Assembly (NCBI RefSeq): GCF_030684315.1 | Contig: NC_081396.1 | Coordinates: forward strand, 1,612,001 to 1,676,000 | DNA from: Stegostoma tigrinum | Lineage: Eukaryota | DNA length: 64,000 bases | Direction: 5' to 3' | Shown: in pieces, positions 1-10,769 of the stretch | Position numbering within the stretch: position 1 is the stretch's first letter | How the letters are laid out: every line of letters starts with the position of its first letter | Made by a program: the position numbers and the translations under genes | The notes under the pieces: model-generated | Told to the model about the DNA's origin: nothing | The model's database searches: none | The model's input: the letters and a program-made list of their open reading frames with translations, nothing else

Positions 1-869
1 GTAGGTCGGAGCGATTTGAACACACTGATGAGACAAATAAAAATTATATTCTCAATTCCTAAAATAGTACAGTAGAATCGTGTTTTGCTGCATTTACTGG
101 TACGTTTCATGGGAAACACGTTTATTTAGTTTTAGTTTGTTTCATAACAAATGGTATAAGTATATCTGAACAGATACACTGCAATGCCTGAAGGAGACAG
201 CTCACTGCTACATTTTCAGGAAGTGTTGGATATAGGTGCCAGCATTTCCATCTGTACGCAAACACTATCCATGAAATTTTAAAATAGAATCTATGGAACA
301 GTTTCTGCCCAGGTGTGAATCTGAATGGCGAGGCAGCAGAGATGCACATTCACACAAATCCTGCCAAACGAGAATGTACTTCGTTAAGTTTTCAGTTGAG
401 ACAAAAAATAATCAAAAAGCGAGTGGTTAAGACGGCACAGTCGACAAGAAGAAGATGATATAAAGAGTTCAAGTGTTTGGGATTACACCGCGCTTCGGCG
501 AGAAATCTAGGTACTTTTAACCAATAGGAAATGAACAGTTGAGATGTTGGGATGGTACCAAATAATCTGCTTTTAGGAAACATTTGTTTAGATAACTGTA
601 TTATGTAACTGTTAATTATTTGTAAATGATGTTAAAAAACAATTTTTTCTTCCTCTGTTGTGATTTATGGCTTATGTCAATAAATGCTGCAATACCCAGT
701 GATGCTCTGATCCAGGGAATTATTTTTTTTAAAGCGTACAAGGAAACTGTAAAATGTGATCAGATACATGAAATGCAGAAAAGAAGAGCCCTGCTGGAAT
801 GGCACTGAAAACACCAGATTCCACCTTCACTGTATCGTCACTGATGCCTCAAAATGTTGTTGCTGATTT

Positions 870-1215
870 TAAATCCTCAGAGCATGAGCTTGTCGACGTT
901 CTCCATCTCAGCTCCATTTTAGAAGGGAGAGGTGTGTAATTCCTCCTGTCTCCTGAAGCCAATGCCAAGCTCTTCTGTTCTGCTGATGTTGAGGGTCCGG
1001 TTATTATCTTTACACATCACCATCAAGCAGTTTATCTGTCTGTTGAAATGTGCCTCATCATTGTTTGAAATCCAGTTGAAAAAAAACACCTTGGTGTCAT
1101 GAATGACCTTGTAGATGTAGTCAGTACATACATTCATGATGTGCATGAAGTATAATCAGGGCAGAACAAGGATTCTTGCAGGACGCTGTTTTTGAAGATC
1201 GCCGGGGAGGACGTT
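870..1215 (-). mobile_element. Degenerate LINE RT fragment (Rex1/Babar or L2-like)
   Basis: ORF 919-1146 reads YKVIHDTKV..ISNNDEAHFNRQINCLMVMCKDNNRTLNISRTEELGIGFRR. This resembles the KFADDT..NNL.LN.SKTKELI.DFR region of this RT group. Confidence 0.65.
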
Positions 1216-1333
1216 TTATTTTGTATATTCAGGTTTTGTGACATGTGCGTGATGCGATGATGTTGTTCTTGTATCGCTTTGGGATGGGAAATCAATTGAA
1301 TTATTAATCTCAACAGATTGATAGGATATTTCG

Positions 1334-1338
<5 letters not shown>

Positions 1339-1365
<27 letters not shown>
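1339..1365. repeat. (TA)n microsatellite
   Basis: Directly visible. Confidence 0.95.
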
Positions 1366-1368
<3 letters not shown>

Positions 1369-2276
1369 TATTTGGATTATGTCCAGAAACCCACTCTGAG
1401 ATTTCCAGTAGTATCTACCAGCAGGCACACTCACGCCAAAAAGCAGAAACAATATGTTTTGCAAGTACAGTAACAGTGAGAGGGACTTTGTGCAAGAATC
1501 ATACTAAGCCACAACATTCAACAAGGAGGTATTGCTGACTGCAGAAATAATAATACTTTATTCCAAAGTGTATCTCCCGATCACCTTGCATTTGTAAAAT
1601 TTACTCAATCACTTTTTAAAAATATAAACGGCTTTTGAAGGAGTTTCCCTCCCTATGCGCACTATCAATGATTATTTTTTACACCAATGCAATCAGTTTC
1701 CTGAAAATTTGAAATGGTGTCGGTTCATCGGGTTCATTTAATGAGGGCTATTGCTGAGTCATTCCCAGTTAAAGCAAAATGAGAATATTTCGTTAGGAAA
1801 TGATTTTGAACTTGAAAACAACTTCCAACCACAGAGCCCCATAACATCAATTGGCACTTCAGGATCTCCCTTCCATGCTCTCATGTGTACTGCTCCCAGG
1901 ACCAATCCCGAACTATTGTTCTCAGCTCTCACGGACTGTATGAGTATATATTTTGAGCGACAATGTCCAGTAGCTCTACACTCAAAAAGAAAGAAGAAAG
2001 AACAAAGAAAATTACAGCACAGGAACACCTCAGGAGTTTGACTCCCTTTTGCGCTGGAGTTCCAAATATTCTTTCCATTCTACAGCCTATTGATCCAATT
2101 CAAGAACATGAAGTGTAAGTGCAAATCACATTATGTATTGCTGGTAGAACGTTGATCAAAACTGAAGCCACCAGCAAACTGGGTGTAAAAACAACAATTG
2201 TTGGCATATCTCAGTGAATCTTGTGCCTTCTGTGGAGACAAAGCAGAATAAATGTTTCGAGCCCAATGACCCTTCC

Positions 2277-2957
2277 TTATCTTGGAATATCCCCTCCCTA
2301 CCTCCCCACCTACACCCTCTCCACCTATCTTCTTTACTCTCCATCTTCGGTCCGCCTCCCCCTCTCTCCCTATTTATTCCAGTTCCCTCCCCCCATCCCC
2401 CTCTCTGATGAAGGGTCTAGGCCCGAAACGTCAGCTTTTGTGCTCCTGAGATGCTGCTTGGCCTGCTGTGTTCATCCAGCCTCACATTTTATTATCTTGG
2501 AATCCCCTCCCTACCTCCCCACCTACACCCTCTCCACCTATCTTCTTTACTCTCCATCTTCGGTCCGCCTCCCCCTCTCTCCCTATTTATTCCAGTTCCC
2601 TCCCCCCATCCCCCTCTCTGATGAAGGGTCTAGGCCCGAAACGTCAGCTTTTGTGCTCCTGAGATGCTGCTTGGCCTGCTGTGTTCATCCAGCCTCACAT
2701 TTTATTATCTTGGATCCCCTCCCTACCTCCCCACCTACACCCTCTCCACCTATCTTCTTTACTCTCCATCTTCGGTCCGCCTCCCCCTCTCTCCCTATTT
2801 ATTCCAGTTCCCTCCCCCCATCCCCCTCTCTGATGAAGGGTCTAGGCCCGAAACGTCAGCTTTTGTGCTCCTGAGATGCTGCTTGGCCTGCTGTGTTCAT
2901 CCAGCCTCACATTTTATTATCTTGGAATCTCCAGCATCTGCAGTTCCCATTATCTCT
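2277..2957 (+). repeat. Three near-identical tandem 212-213 bp units of a Penelope-type terminal repeat, each with a hammerhead-like motif
   Basis: Units start at 2291, 2504 and 2716. Each contains CTGATGAAGGGTCTAGGCCCGAAACGTC. The same sequence recurs near 32.2 kb and 61-61.9 kb. Confidence 0.9.
2405..2432 (+). ncRNA. Minimal type I hammerhead ribozyme-like motif (also at 2618-2645 and 2830-2857)
   Basis: Reads CUGAUGA-(A)-GGGU/CUAG/GCCC stem II-GAAAC-GUC. Stem III is loopless and palindromic (ACGU). Stem I has only about 2 bp by eye. Confidence 0.55.
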
Positions 2958-3268
2958 TCCATATTTATCATCTGTATTTCTTTTATTTTGAAATAAATAT
3001 CTCAGATCAGTTAAACATCAGTTTTAATGAGAAATGAGGCATTTATATTTACTGATCCTTTACTCTGTTCAGTGGAATGTCAGGTTAATATCGGAAGCAC
3101 TGAAACCTAAAAATGGAAATGGCCCCCAACTAATCTGATACAGAGATCACAGATGCCTCTTGTGACGGACGTAACATCAGACTAGTCTAGGACAATGCTC
3201 TGAGATTTTTTTCTCTCTTATTCAATATTCTGCAGATTTCTGAGACATAAATAAATCTCCTGTAATGG

Positions 3269-3998
3269 ATGTGGTTTCCCTTTTTCGTGGTAATCTTGGT
3301 GACTTCTATTGTTGTAATAAGTTTCAAAATTAGACAGCGTTGAATTTCTTTGCTTCTAAAAACGAAACATGCCAGGGTTCTTTAAATCAAGAACTGGGGT
3401 AGCAGAAAGAGTGATTGTGTCAAATCATCTGAGGCAGGAGGAGTTGGCCTAGCTAAAAAAAAGATGCACGAAAGACAGTCAGAGAGGCATACAGAAACAA
3501 ACAGGAACAAGGCGAAAAGAGAATTCTCCCCTAGATTGCCACCAAGGATACAGGCAGTTATTTTCATTGTGTGATTTAATTAGAGCATGCTGTAATTTAT
3601 TCTTCGTAACATTAGTTTCTTTTAATTGGCAGAACCCATCTAAATGTGCATTTAATTGTAGACTTCCACTCTCTTTAACATTTCGCTTCAGATCAGAGCA
3701 ATTCATTTTTTTTTGTCATTTTGCGGGATCCTTTGCTCATACAGTCAGATGGAGAAGAGTTCGCTTTCAGATGCACCTAAGCTACTGATTTTTATTCCTT
3801 ATTCCGGCACCATCAGTACCTACGGAGATAGACAGTGTATGCAGTCCGGAGGGACAAGATAGGTGCTGCTCAACTGAAGGCGGATTTCGCACAGGCCTGG
3901 TTTTCCGATGCAGTCCAACAGTCGAAGTAGTTGTAGCGATTGACAACCTGGGAGCTGATAGTGTTCGACAACACAGTCAATTACTGAGCAGTGAACCT
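3269..3998 (+). pseudogene. TCR alpha/delta-type V pseudogene, family A
   Basis: Leader 3269-3314 is MWFPFFVVILVTSIV with a damaged donor. The V exon from 3692 reads RDPLLIQSDGEEFAFRCT*ATDFYSLFRHHQY..AQLKADFAQAWFSDAVQQSK*L*RLTTWEL..DNTVNY*AVNL. It is collinear with the V exon at 39417 and carries several stops. Confidence 0.9.
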
Positions 3999-4007
3999 CA
4001 CCAGAAT

Positions 4008-4345
4008 GCAGGCTGGCAATTGGCTAATGTTATTAGTGCGAGACCATTAATCCATAGACTCAACTAACATTGTGGGGACCCTCTGAATCCCTCCACAGCA
4101 GATTATGGAATTTAAAAACTTGAAACTTCTGGAATTATAATTTTAATGATGACCATGAATCGATCGTCTTGGAAAAAAAAGACATCTGGTTCTCTAATGT
4201 CCTTTAGGGATTGAAACTGCCATCCTTACCTGGTCTTTTCCCTGTGTAACTCCAGACCCACAGCAATTTACGCTCACCTGCCCTCTGAGCATTTAGAAAT
4301 AAATGCTTCATAGCCTGTGACACCCTCATCCCGTTAATGAATGAA
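4008..4345 (+). mobile_element. Shark DeuSINE/SacSINE1-like SINE inserted in an RSS
   Basis: Characteristic body catctggttc..taatgtcctttaggga..ctgccatccttacctggtc..actccagacccacagcaat. Possible AGAAT target-site duplication. Confidence 0.75.
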
Positions 4346-4435
4346 AGAATTGTATCACGCCAAAAGCCGTACAAAAACTGGTGCAGCTTTCTGGGTCACA
4401 GCTGCTTTCTGATGAAGTTTGTTTATAACAGTGTT

Positions 4436-4474
4436 TATTTATCTCTGAGAGCCCATCTGGTTCCTGCCACCGTG
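4436..4474 (-). other. 23-RSS with degenerate nonamer
   Basis: CACGGTG + 23 nt + AGATAAATA directly after VYYCVLR. Confidence 0.75.
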
Positions 4475-4984
4475 TCTCGCAGCACACAGTAATAGACCAC
4501 ACTGTAAACGGGTGCAATTCACCGACAGTGAATTTCCCATCCCTTTTCAATGTACCCAGAGGAGAAATTATCGATTGACAATCTCCTAGAAAATACATAT
4601 ACTTTAGACTGTCGATCAAGAATATCTGGGACTTACGCATGTCCTATGGCTCAACTGTAAAATTTCTGTAAAATTGCTGTAAAATAGCTGAAATCAATGG
4701 TCACTAAATCTCCAAAAATCTGCATCTCTATAATTGTCAACTGCGGCACTATATCGGTATAATTAAAGCCTGCAGAAGTTTGGAAATTAAACGGGTTTCA
4801 TGGACAATTATAATCAATTTTAACAATTTAAGGGCATATAATGCAATACAGCGAAATGAAGACATGAGTGAGATTGCTGCAGTCGTATTATCTGCAAGTG
4901 TTAACTTTATTCATCTGAGGTACTTACGAATTAAGAGAGCGGCAAAGTCACAAATAAACAAATAGTAATAGCTGAAATATTCAC
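4475..4984 (-). pseudogene. TCR alpha/delta-type V pseudogene, family B
   Basis: Damaged leader 4928-4984 ends in gtaagt. The exon from 4769 reads GFNYTDIVPQLTIIEMQIFGDLVTIDF (Cys lost), then frameshifts, then ..KFTVGEL../VVYYCVLR followed by the RSS. Confidence 0.85.
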
Positions 4985-5029
4985 TAAGCGAATTGTTTTC
5001 ACAATGCCATTTGAAATTAAATTGTTTAC

Positions 5030-5322
5030 GATCAGACCTCACGGTAGATTTGCAGATAAGGAGCTGATGCTGAATTGCTTCAAGTCAGGACTGATGTTCT
5101 ATCATATGTGTCTCGTTACCAACTGCTTCATGTCAGGCACAATAACAAGGTGAAAGCAAAATTTGACACAGCTCCTTTTCTTCTCTCGACTCTGACATCA
5201 GAGGTCTGGTCAGATGATCACAAAATATTCATTGGGCTGGAGCCATTTGACCTTTTGAGCTTTCTCCTTCACTGAGTAATATTACAGTGATACACTCACG
5301 GACCACTTTCTGCACAGTTACC
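5030..5322 (+). pseudogene. Highly degenerate V-like relic with RSS-like end
   Basis: Fragments ELMLNC, KVKAKFD and KIFIGLEPFD, then TACAGTG + 24 nt + ACAGTTACC (5283-5322). Confidence 0.4.
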
Positions 5323-8300
5323 AACACCATTCTGTCCAATAAGATCTGCTGATCCGTCGTCATCAGTGGAAAGTAGAATATTTAGAAGTGCAACATCTGT
5401 TATATGATTACTCAATACAATTGAAATGAACATTATCTCCAATTCCGTTCATGTAGCTGAGTAAACCTTAATCTGGGTCATTGATGAGTGAGAACTAGTT
5501 TCGTTGCAATATTGGTGCTGCAATTAAATACACTGTTTCCTGATGATGAACAATTTTTACTGCTGATATAAAAGGTCAAATGGCTTCAGTCCAATGAATA
5601 TTTTGTGAACATGTCGTTTTGCTGTCGCTTCTTTCATTATATATGTTCTTGTTACAAAATGTTTTAAAATAGATTTTGATAGATCCAAAGTAAAATAACA
5701 AAAAAAGTTTATCTTTCCTCGAATTAAAAGAATAAATGCTTGCTAGTTTTCGTGTGTGAAGCAGGAACAGTTGTTTGACCGGATGTTATACTATCTGCTG
5801 CTTTGCCCTTAATACACTATTCAACATTACCCAACCCAGTACACTGGAAAAGGCGCTGATGTGTAGAAATGTCATTTCCCCTGTTTCAACCACCATCCGG
5901 ACAATGTTAAAGCACACTGTAGCATTAAATGTTGTTAGCAATGTGCACGAGGACAACTGCATCAACAAGTTTTATTCCTCTCAGCTTAATAAAGCTCACA
6001 AGATCATCAAACAAAATAGCAGCAATATCTCTATCCCTGAAAATGCTGCGCACCTCCTTGCCATGCAGTGAGTGAAGAAAAAATACAGGTTGAATCCTAG
6101 AAACAATCTTGAAAAATCCAGTTTGTAGTGAGGAGAGCGCACTCTCAAATCTAAGAACATCAACAATTGAGACTTGGCTTGGAGAGAACCACAAAGCCTG
6201 TAAAAATATGATGATGATAAAATGTACTATGCTGAACAGGAACAGGGTAGGATTCCTTGCCCAGTTTATTGATGTGCACAATCACTATTCATACCAGCAA
6301 CGCATTTTATAATTTGCTCTCTGTTATGTGTTCGTTTTTGACTAAATGTAACTGAACTGAACTTTATCTATCTCATCCTCAACTGCTACCCACCTAATTT
6401 AAAAGAAAATTAACGTCACTTCACAATAAACATTTTCATCTCAGTGACAGTCTGTGCTCCTGAGATAACGTAAACTCTTTTTTTGCTCTGAATGGCCTTG
6501 AACTTACTCGGTGTTATTGGAACTGCAGTGATCCAAGGTAACACATAAAAGTTTGTGAGAAATAAAATCCCACGGTGCTGAAGTTATTATATTTCCATGA
6601 GTGGATAATTGGCTGATGGGTTGGAAATACTGAGCAGGCAAAATGAGTCTTTCTTTTTTCACCCTGGCCTCCTGGAACTGACCCTCCACGGGGATCAGTA
6701 GTTGGATCACAAATTGGTATAACGTATATACATTTATGTCCTAGAGGAAAGATTATTGGATAATGAACAATCTTTGGGTGTCAGGAGGTGAGTTAATCCC
6801 TGTGCAATTATTACCCTCTGGCACACTCTTGCAGACAAGATATTTCCATGGCTCATCCATGTGTCTGGTGAGAAGACGTGATCAGGGCTTTTAGTGAAGA
6901 CAATGCGATTGACAATCAGGTATTATGGAGAGAAATTTCTTTTTTAGAAGTGGATCACAAACTAGCACTTGTGTGCAGCGAATGTCACTTGAAATGGCTT
7001 AAGTCACATGTGAATGCCAGCCACATCTTTCTGTATATAAAAACTAATTGTTCAAACAATTGGGGAATCACAAAATGATACTATACTATTGTCAGCAAAT
7101 GTTTCCATTTCTTCAGGCCACTTTGGCACAGCGGGTGACAATAGGTGATGCCATTAACTGTCACATAGTTCATCAGTATTCAATTCGGGATTGTGGGGTG
7201 GGATATACTCGGGCCACGGCGTATTCATCTTCCCATCAGGGAGCTGTTTTGGCGTCTGTAATTTCCAGCCCTAGGCCTTCCACTTCCAGTCCAATGGTAG
7301 AAAGGGTAACACTGACGAAGTAGATGAAAATAATGGGTACTTTGCACGAGTTAAATCAACTTCTGGGGCTGAGATAACTGGCCTCCAACAACCAATAATA
7401 ATTTTCTTTTTGTTGAGCTTGACTTAAAACAATCGAGGGGATTCCCACAATTCTCGTTGACTAGTTGCATGAAGTGACGTGTTGCCCACAGAGATATTTC
7501 CTGCCAGGCCACCTGTCGGCTCGGTCTCAGATACACTTCCAGTTCCTGAAATTGTTGCAATGGAAATTATGTTGCAGTTGCATTCAATGCGAAGCCTCGT
7601 CAGTGATTCGCTTTTAAGTGTCTTCAGAAGGAATGTTGAATGGCAACACTGGATTATTATGCTACCTACTCATTTAGTTGGATTCTGAAATTAGTTTTCG
7701 ATATTTTAAGAGTTATTCAAGTCAATAACGCAACTTATATATTCATTTGCAATAATCAGAACAAGTTCACATTAATAATTCCATCCCTGATACTGATAAA
7801 ATGCTGATTTTGAGGTTTCACACCAGTGCTCTTGGCTGCTTGACTCAGTAAACAGTGAAACGAGTGAACCATTTCTCACCTAACACAGATATTTCAAAAC
7901 TTCTCTCAATTGTCTTTGTTTCTCTGAATCTGGAGACTGAGATCTTGATTTGAGAAATCCATTGATCAGAATGCAAATTTGCTCCTAGGAAAAGTTGCAT
8001 TGTGCTTAATGGAAGTAGATAGCCTGGCAGTTCCTAAAAAGATTGACATCTGAAAGATATCTGAATGAAACGAAGTAGCTACAAATTCGACAAAACGCAA
8101 ACAAACTCAGCATAATGATATACACAAGGCCATTTCAATAGAATGTGTGCGAATTCAAGTGGTATTGATGTATCCATGAATCGCTCCATCTATGGAGACG
8201 CATGGAAGCTGGAGCAAGCCTTTCGAAACTTCAAACCTGTTTCACTATTGATCATGATTAAGGCTGTTCATCCAACACTAAATTCTAAGCCTTCTTTCTC

Positions 8301-8618
8301 CCCGAACCTTTGTTTCTATTCTGCCAGAGTGTTAAATCTAACCACCTGTTGAAAACATACAATTTGGTAACATCAAATACTTCCTGTGCAAATGAATGTC
8401 ACAGGATCACCACTCTTTGGATGAAGAAATGTGTTCTCATTTCCGAACATATTTGGTTTATCCAGAATCCTCAGCCTGTGACACCTGGTTTTGAACAGTC
8501 ACCATCGGGAACATCCTCCCTGCATCTTTACTGTCCGGTGCTGTTAGAGCTTTATATGTCTCTACAAGGGACCTATTATGGAAATTTTTAATCGGATAGC
8601 AGTGGCATGGCCCTACCG

Positions 8619-8657
8619 AGATATTGTACAACAGGATCCGTACTTTCACTCGCTGTG
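8619..8657 (-). other. 23-RSS
   Basis: CACAGCG + 23 nt + ACAATATCT directly after YYCAKN. Confidence 0.9.
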
Positions 8658-9067
8658 GTTCTTCGCACAGTAATACATTCCAGCGTCCTCAAAGATGGTG
8701 TCCTCTATGAACATAACATGAGATTTATTCACTCGGTTTAACGATATTGTGTAGCGGCCAGTAGTCTTAACACCCTGATATAAAGAGTCGATAAATATTG
8801 GAAAGCCTGATGGCATTTGTCTGTACCAGGCTAGAGTATCGCCAGTAGCAAAGGACAGCTGACAGTCCAGTTCCGCTCTTTCTCCTTCAAGAGTTACCAT
8901 GTGATCAGCCTGTGACCTCTGATCCTCACAATAAACCACTGTAAGCAAAGAAATATCATTCTAACGCCATAAAATATCTTTGGATTAGCAAAACAAGACT
9001 TCTGATTAGAAAAAATATACTTACACAATATCAATATCATAAACGCTTCAAGCTGGAATACATTCAT
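8658..9067 (-). CDS. TRAV/TRDV: Apparently functional TCR alpha/delta-type V gene segment (leader 9067-9025, V exon 8938-8658)
   Basis: Leader MNVFQLEAFMILIL, then an 86-nt gtaagt..cttacag phase-1 intron. The open V exon has Cys23, WYRQ and DAGMYYC, followed by a 23-RSS. Confidence 0.88.
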
Positions 9068-10179
9068 GCCGATTTTTATATTCATTCTGGTAAAAACTGG
9101 CAGAGGGATGATAAATCAGTTTGTGTTTCCAGAACAAGGTTCACCGTCGATAATACGAATGTCAATGATGGCCATGGGAGAGCTGAGAGGGCGTCTGTTT
9201 ATTCTCCTTGCACGGAGAAAGGCTGACGGTCAGCATTTGCAACAACTGGCTGATTATAAGATGTTGACAAAAGACAACATAAACGTCACAATCAGGGATT
9301 GGCTGTCTCAAAACAGGCGTCTGTTGAAACTGAAACAAATAGTGTTTGCTCTTTCTCTCTCTCTTGCTCCCTTTCTCTCTCTCTCTGTCTATCTATCTAC
9401 CCGTCTATCTCTCTCTCATCAATTTTGTCTCTCATTCTCTCTCTATTCTCTTCCTCTTTGCAGTGATGGATGTCGTGATGGATTAACAGCTTCGTGAACA
9501 TTTGATCATGTTCATATTTAAAACTGTAAATGGTACGGTAGTTCTGGAATTATGAAATATGCCATCAGTACTGTCTAATGTCAAAGTGAAGACTCAACAT
9601 GGTTTTCCCGCCGTGAGCTGTTGGATTATTACTGTTTCTCATTAAATCTCTCACACACTGTATTAAGAGCCTGGAATATTTGCACACGGCTGATTGCCTT
9701 GTATTTTACACATCTTAACTAGAAACCATGAGTTTACCAAGCACATTATTTTTAATAATTTTCTTGCTGTCTGGAGAATCTGTTTTGACCTAGATAGTGA
9801 ATAATCGAAGGGTTTCATTAGTTGCTGAACTTTGAAAAAAACCTGTAGATTTGCATTAGAGAAACAAACAGCAACGTTTCATTGTCGAAAAATCCAACTT
9901 AATTATTGGTTCAAGGTGGGGAGAGAGCATAAAACTGACTGATATTTACTTGAATGTCCGCTCTAATTCAACCCAGTTCTGTTACATCCTATATCCCTGT
10001 GAAAGTGAGGGGATTTCGCTGATGATACATAACACGTGAAATGAAGAAAATATGTCAGCTTTACCACGAAGTTTATTTGTTAATTTGCAAATTAAACAAT
10101 GTGCTTGCTTTAAATTTCGATGGATCCTTATCTCTGACACTGTCTTGTAGCTCTTGTATCTTGGAACAATACTGCTACA

Positions 10180-10332
10180 NNNNNNNNNNNNNNNNNNNNN
10201 NNNNNNNNNNNNNNNNNNNNNNNNNNNNNNNNNNNNNNNNNNNNNNNNNNNNNNNNNNNNNNNNNNNNNNNNNNNNNNNNNNNNNNNNNNNNNNNNNNNN
10301 NNNNNNNNNNNNNNNNNNNNNNNNNNNNNNNN
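10180..10332. other. Assembly gap (153 N)
   Basis: Run of N. Confidence 1.
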
Positions 10333-10769
10333 GTAACCATCAGAGTGTGTTCTCACTCTGATAAAATAAACAGGTATTTAATATTAAAACATAGAATATG
10401 CTGGGAAAACAGAGGAAATCTGGTTCCTCCAATGGCGAGAGAAACAGAGCTAGTGTACAGAGTCTTCTTGCATCTTCCTGCAGCCAGGAAAGAGTGAAAT
10501 CTAATGGCCAGTGCTCCAAAATTTGAACACATGCTGCCTTTGAAATCATCGAATGCATGTTATCTGGCTGATGTTAAAATCTGTCTATTTCTTCATCGTC
10601 ATCAATGTTGGTGTCTTCTGATGACTAATTATGCCTTAGCCACCATAGCAACACTTTCCACTTTTGGCACGACATGTGAAAAATAGTGATTTCAGACTTC
10701 GGCCTTCCCAAGTGCATCCACGTTTACTAGCCATTTTGTTCTCTGATCGACAGTACTCCTTTTTCTTGA

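Noticed and set aside
170-475. Possible V relic (PEGDSSLLH.., CACAGTC at 436)
   Set aside because: No conserved Cys, Trp or YYC and no nonamer, so too degenerate to support.
2214-2996. Long ORFs (up to 217 aa) with repeated peptides
   Set aside because: By-product of the 213-bp tandem repeat (a multiple of 3). No protein-family features.
9982-10361. ORFs spanning the N run
   Set aside because: Artefacts of the assembly gap.
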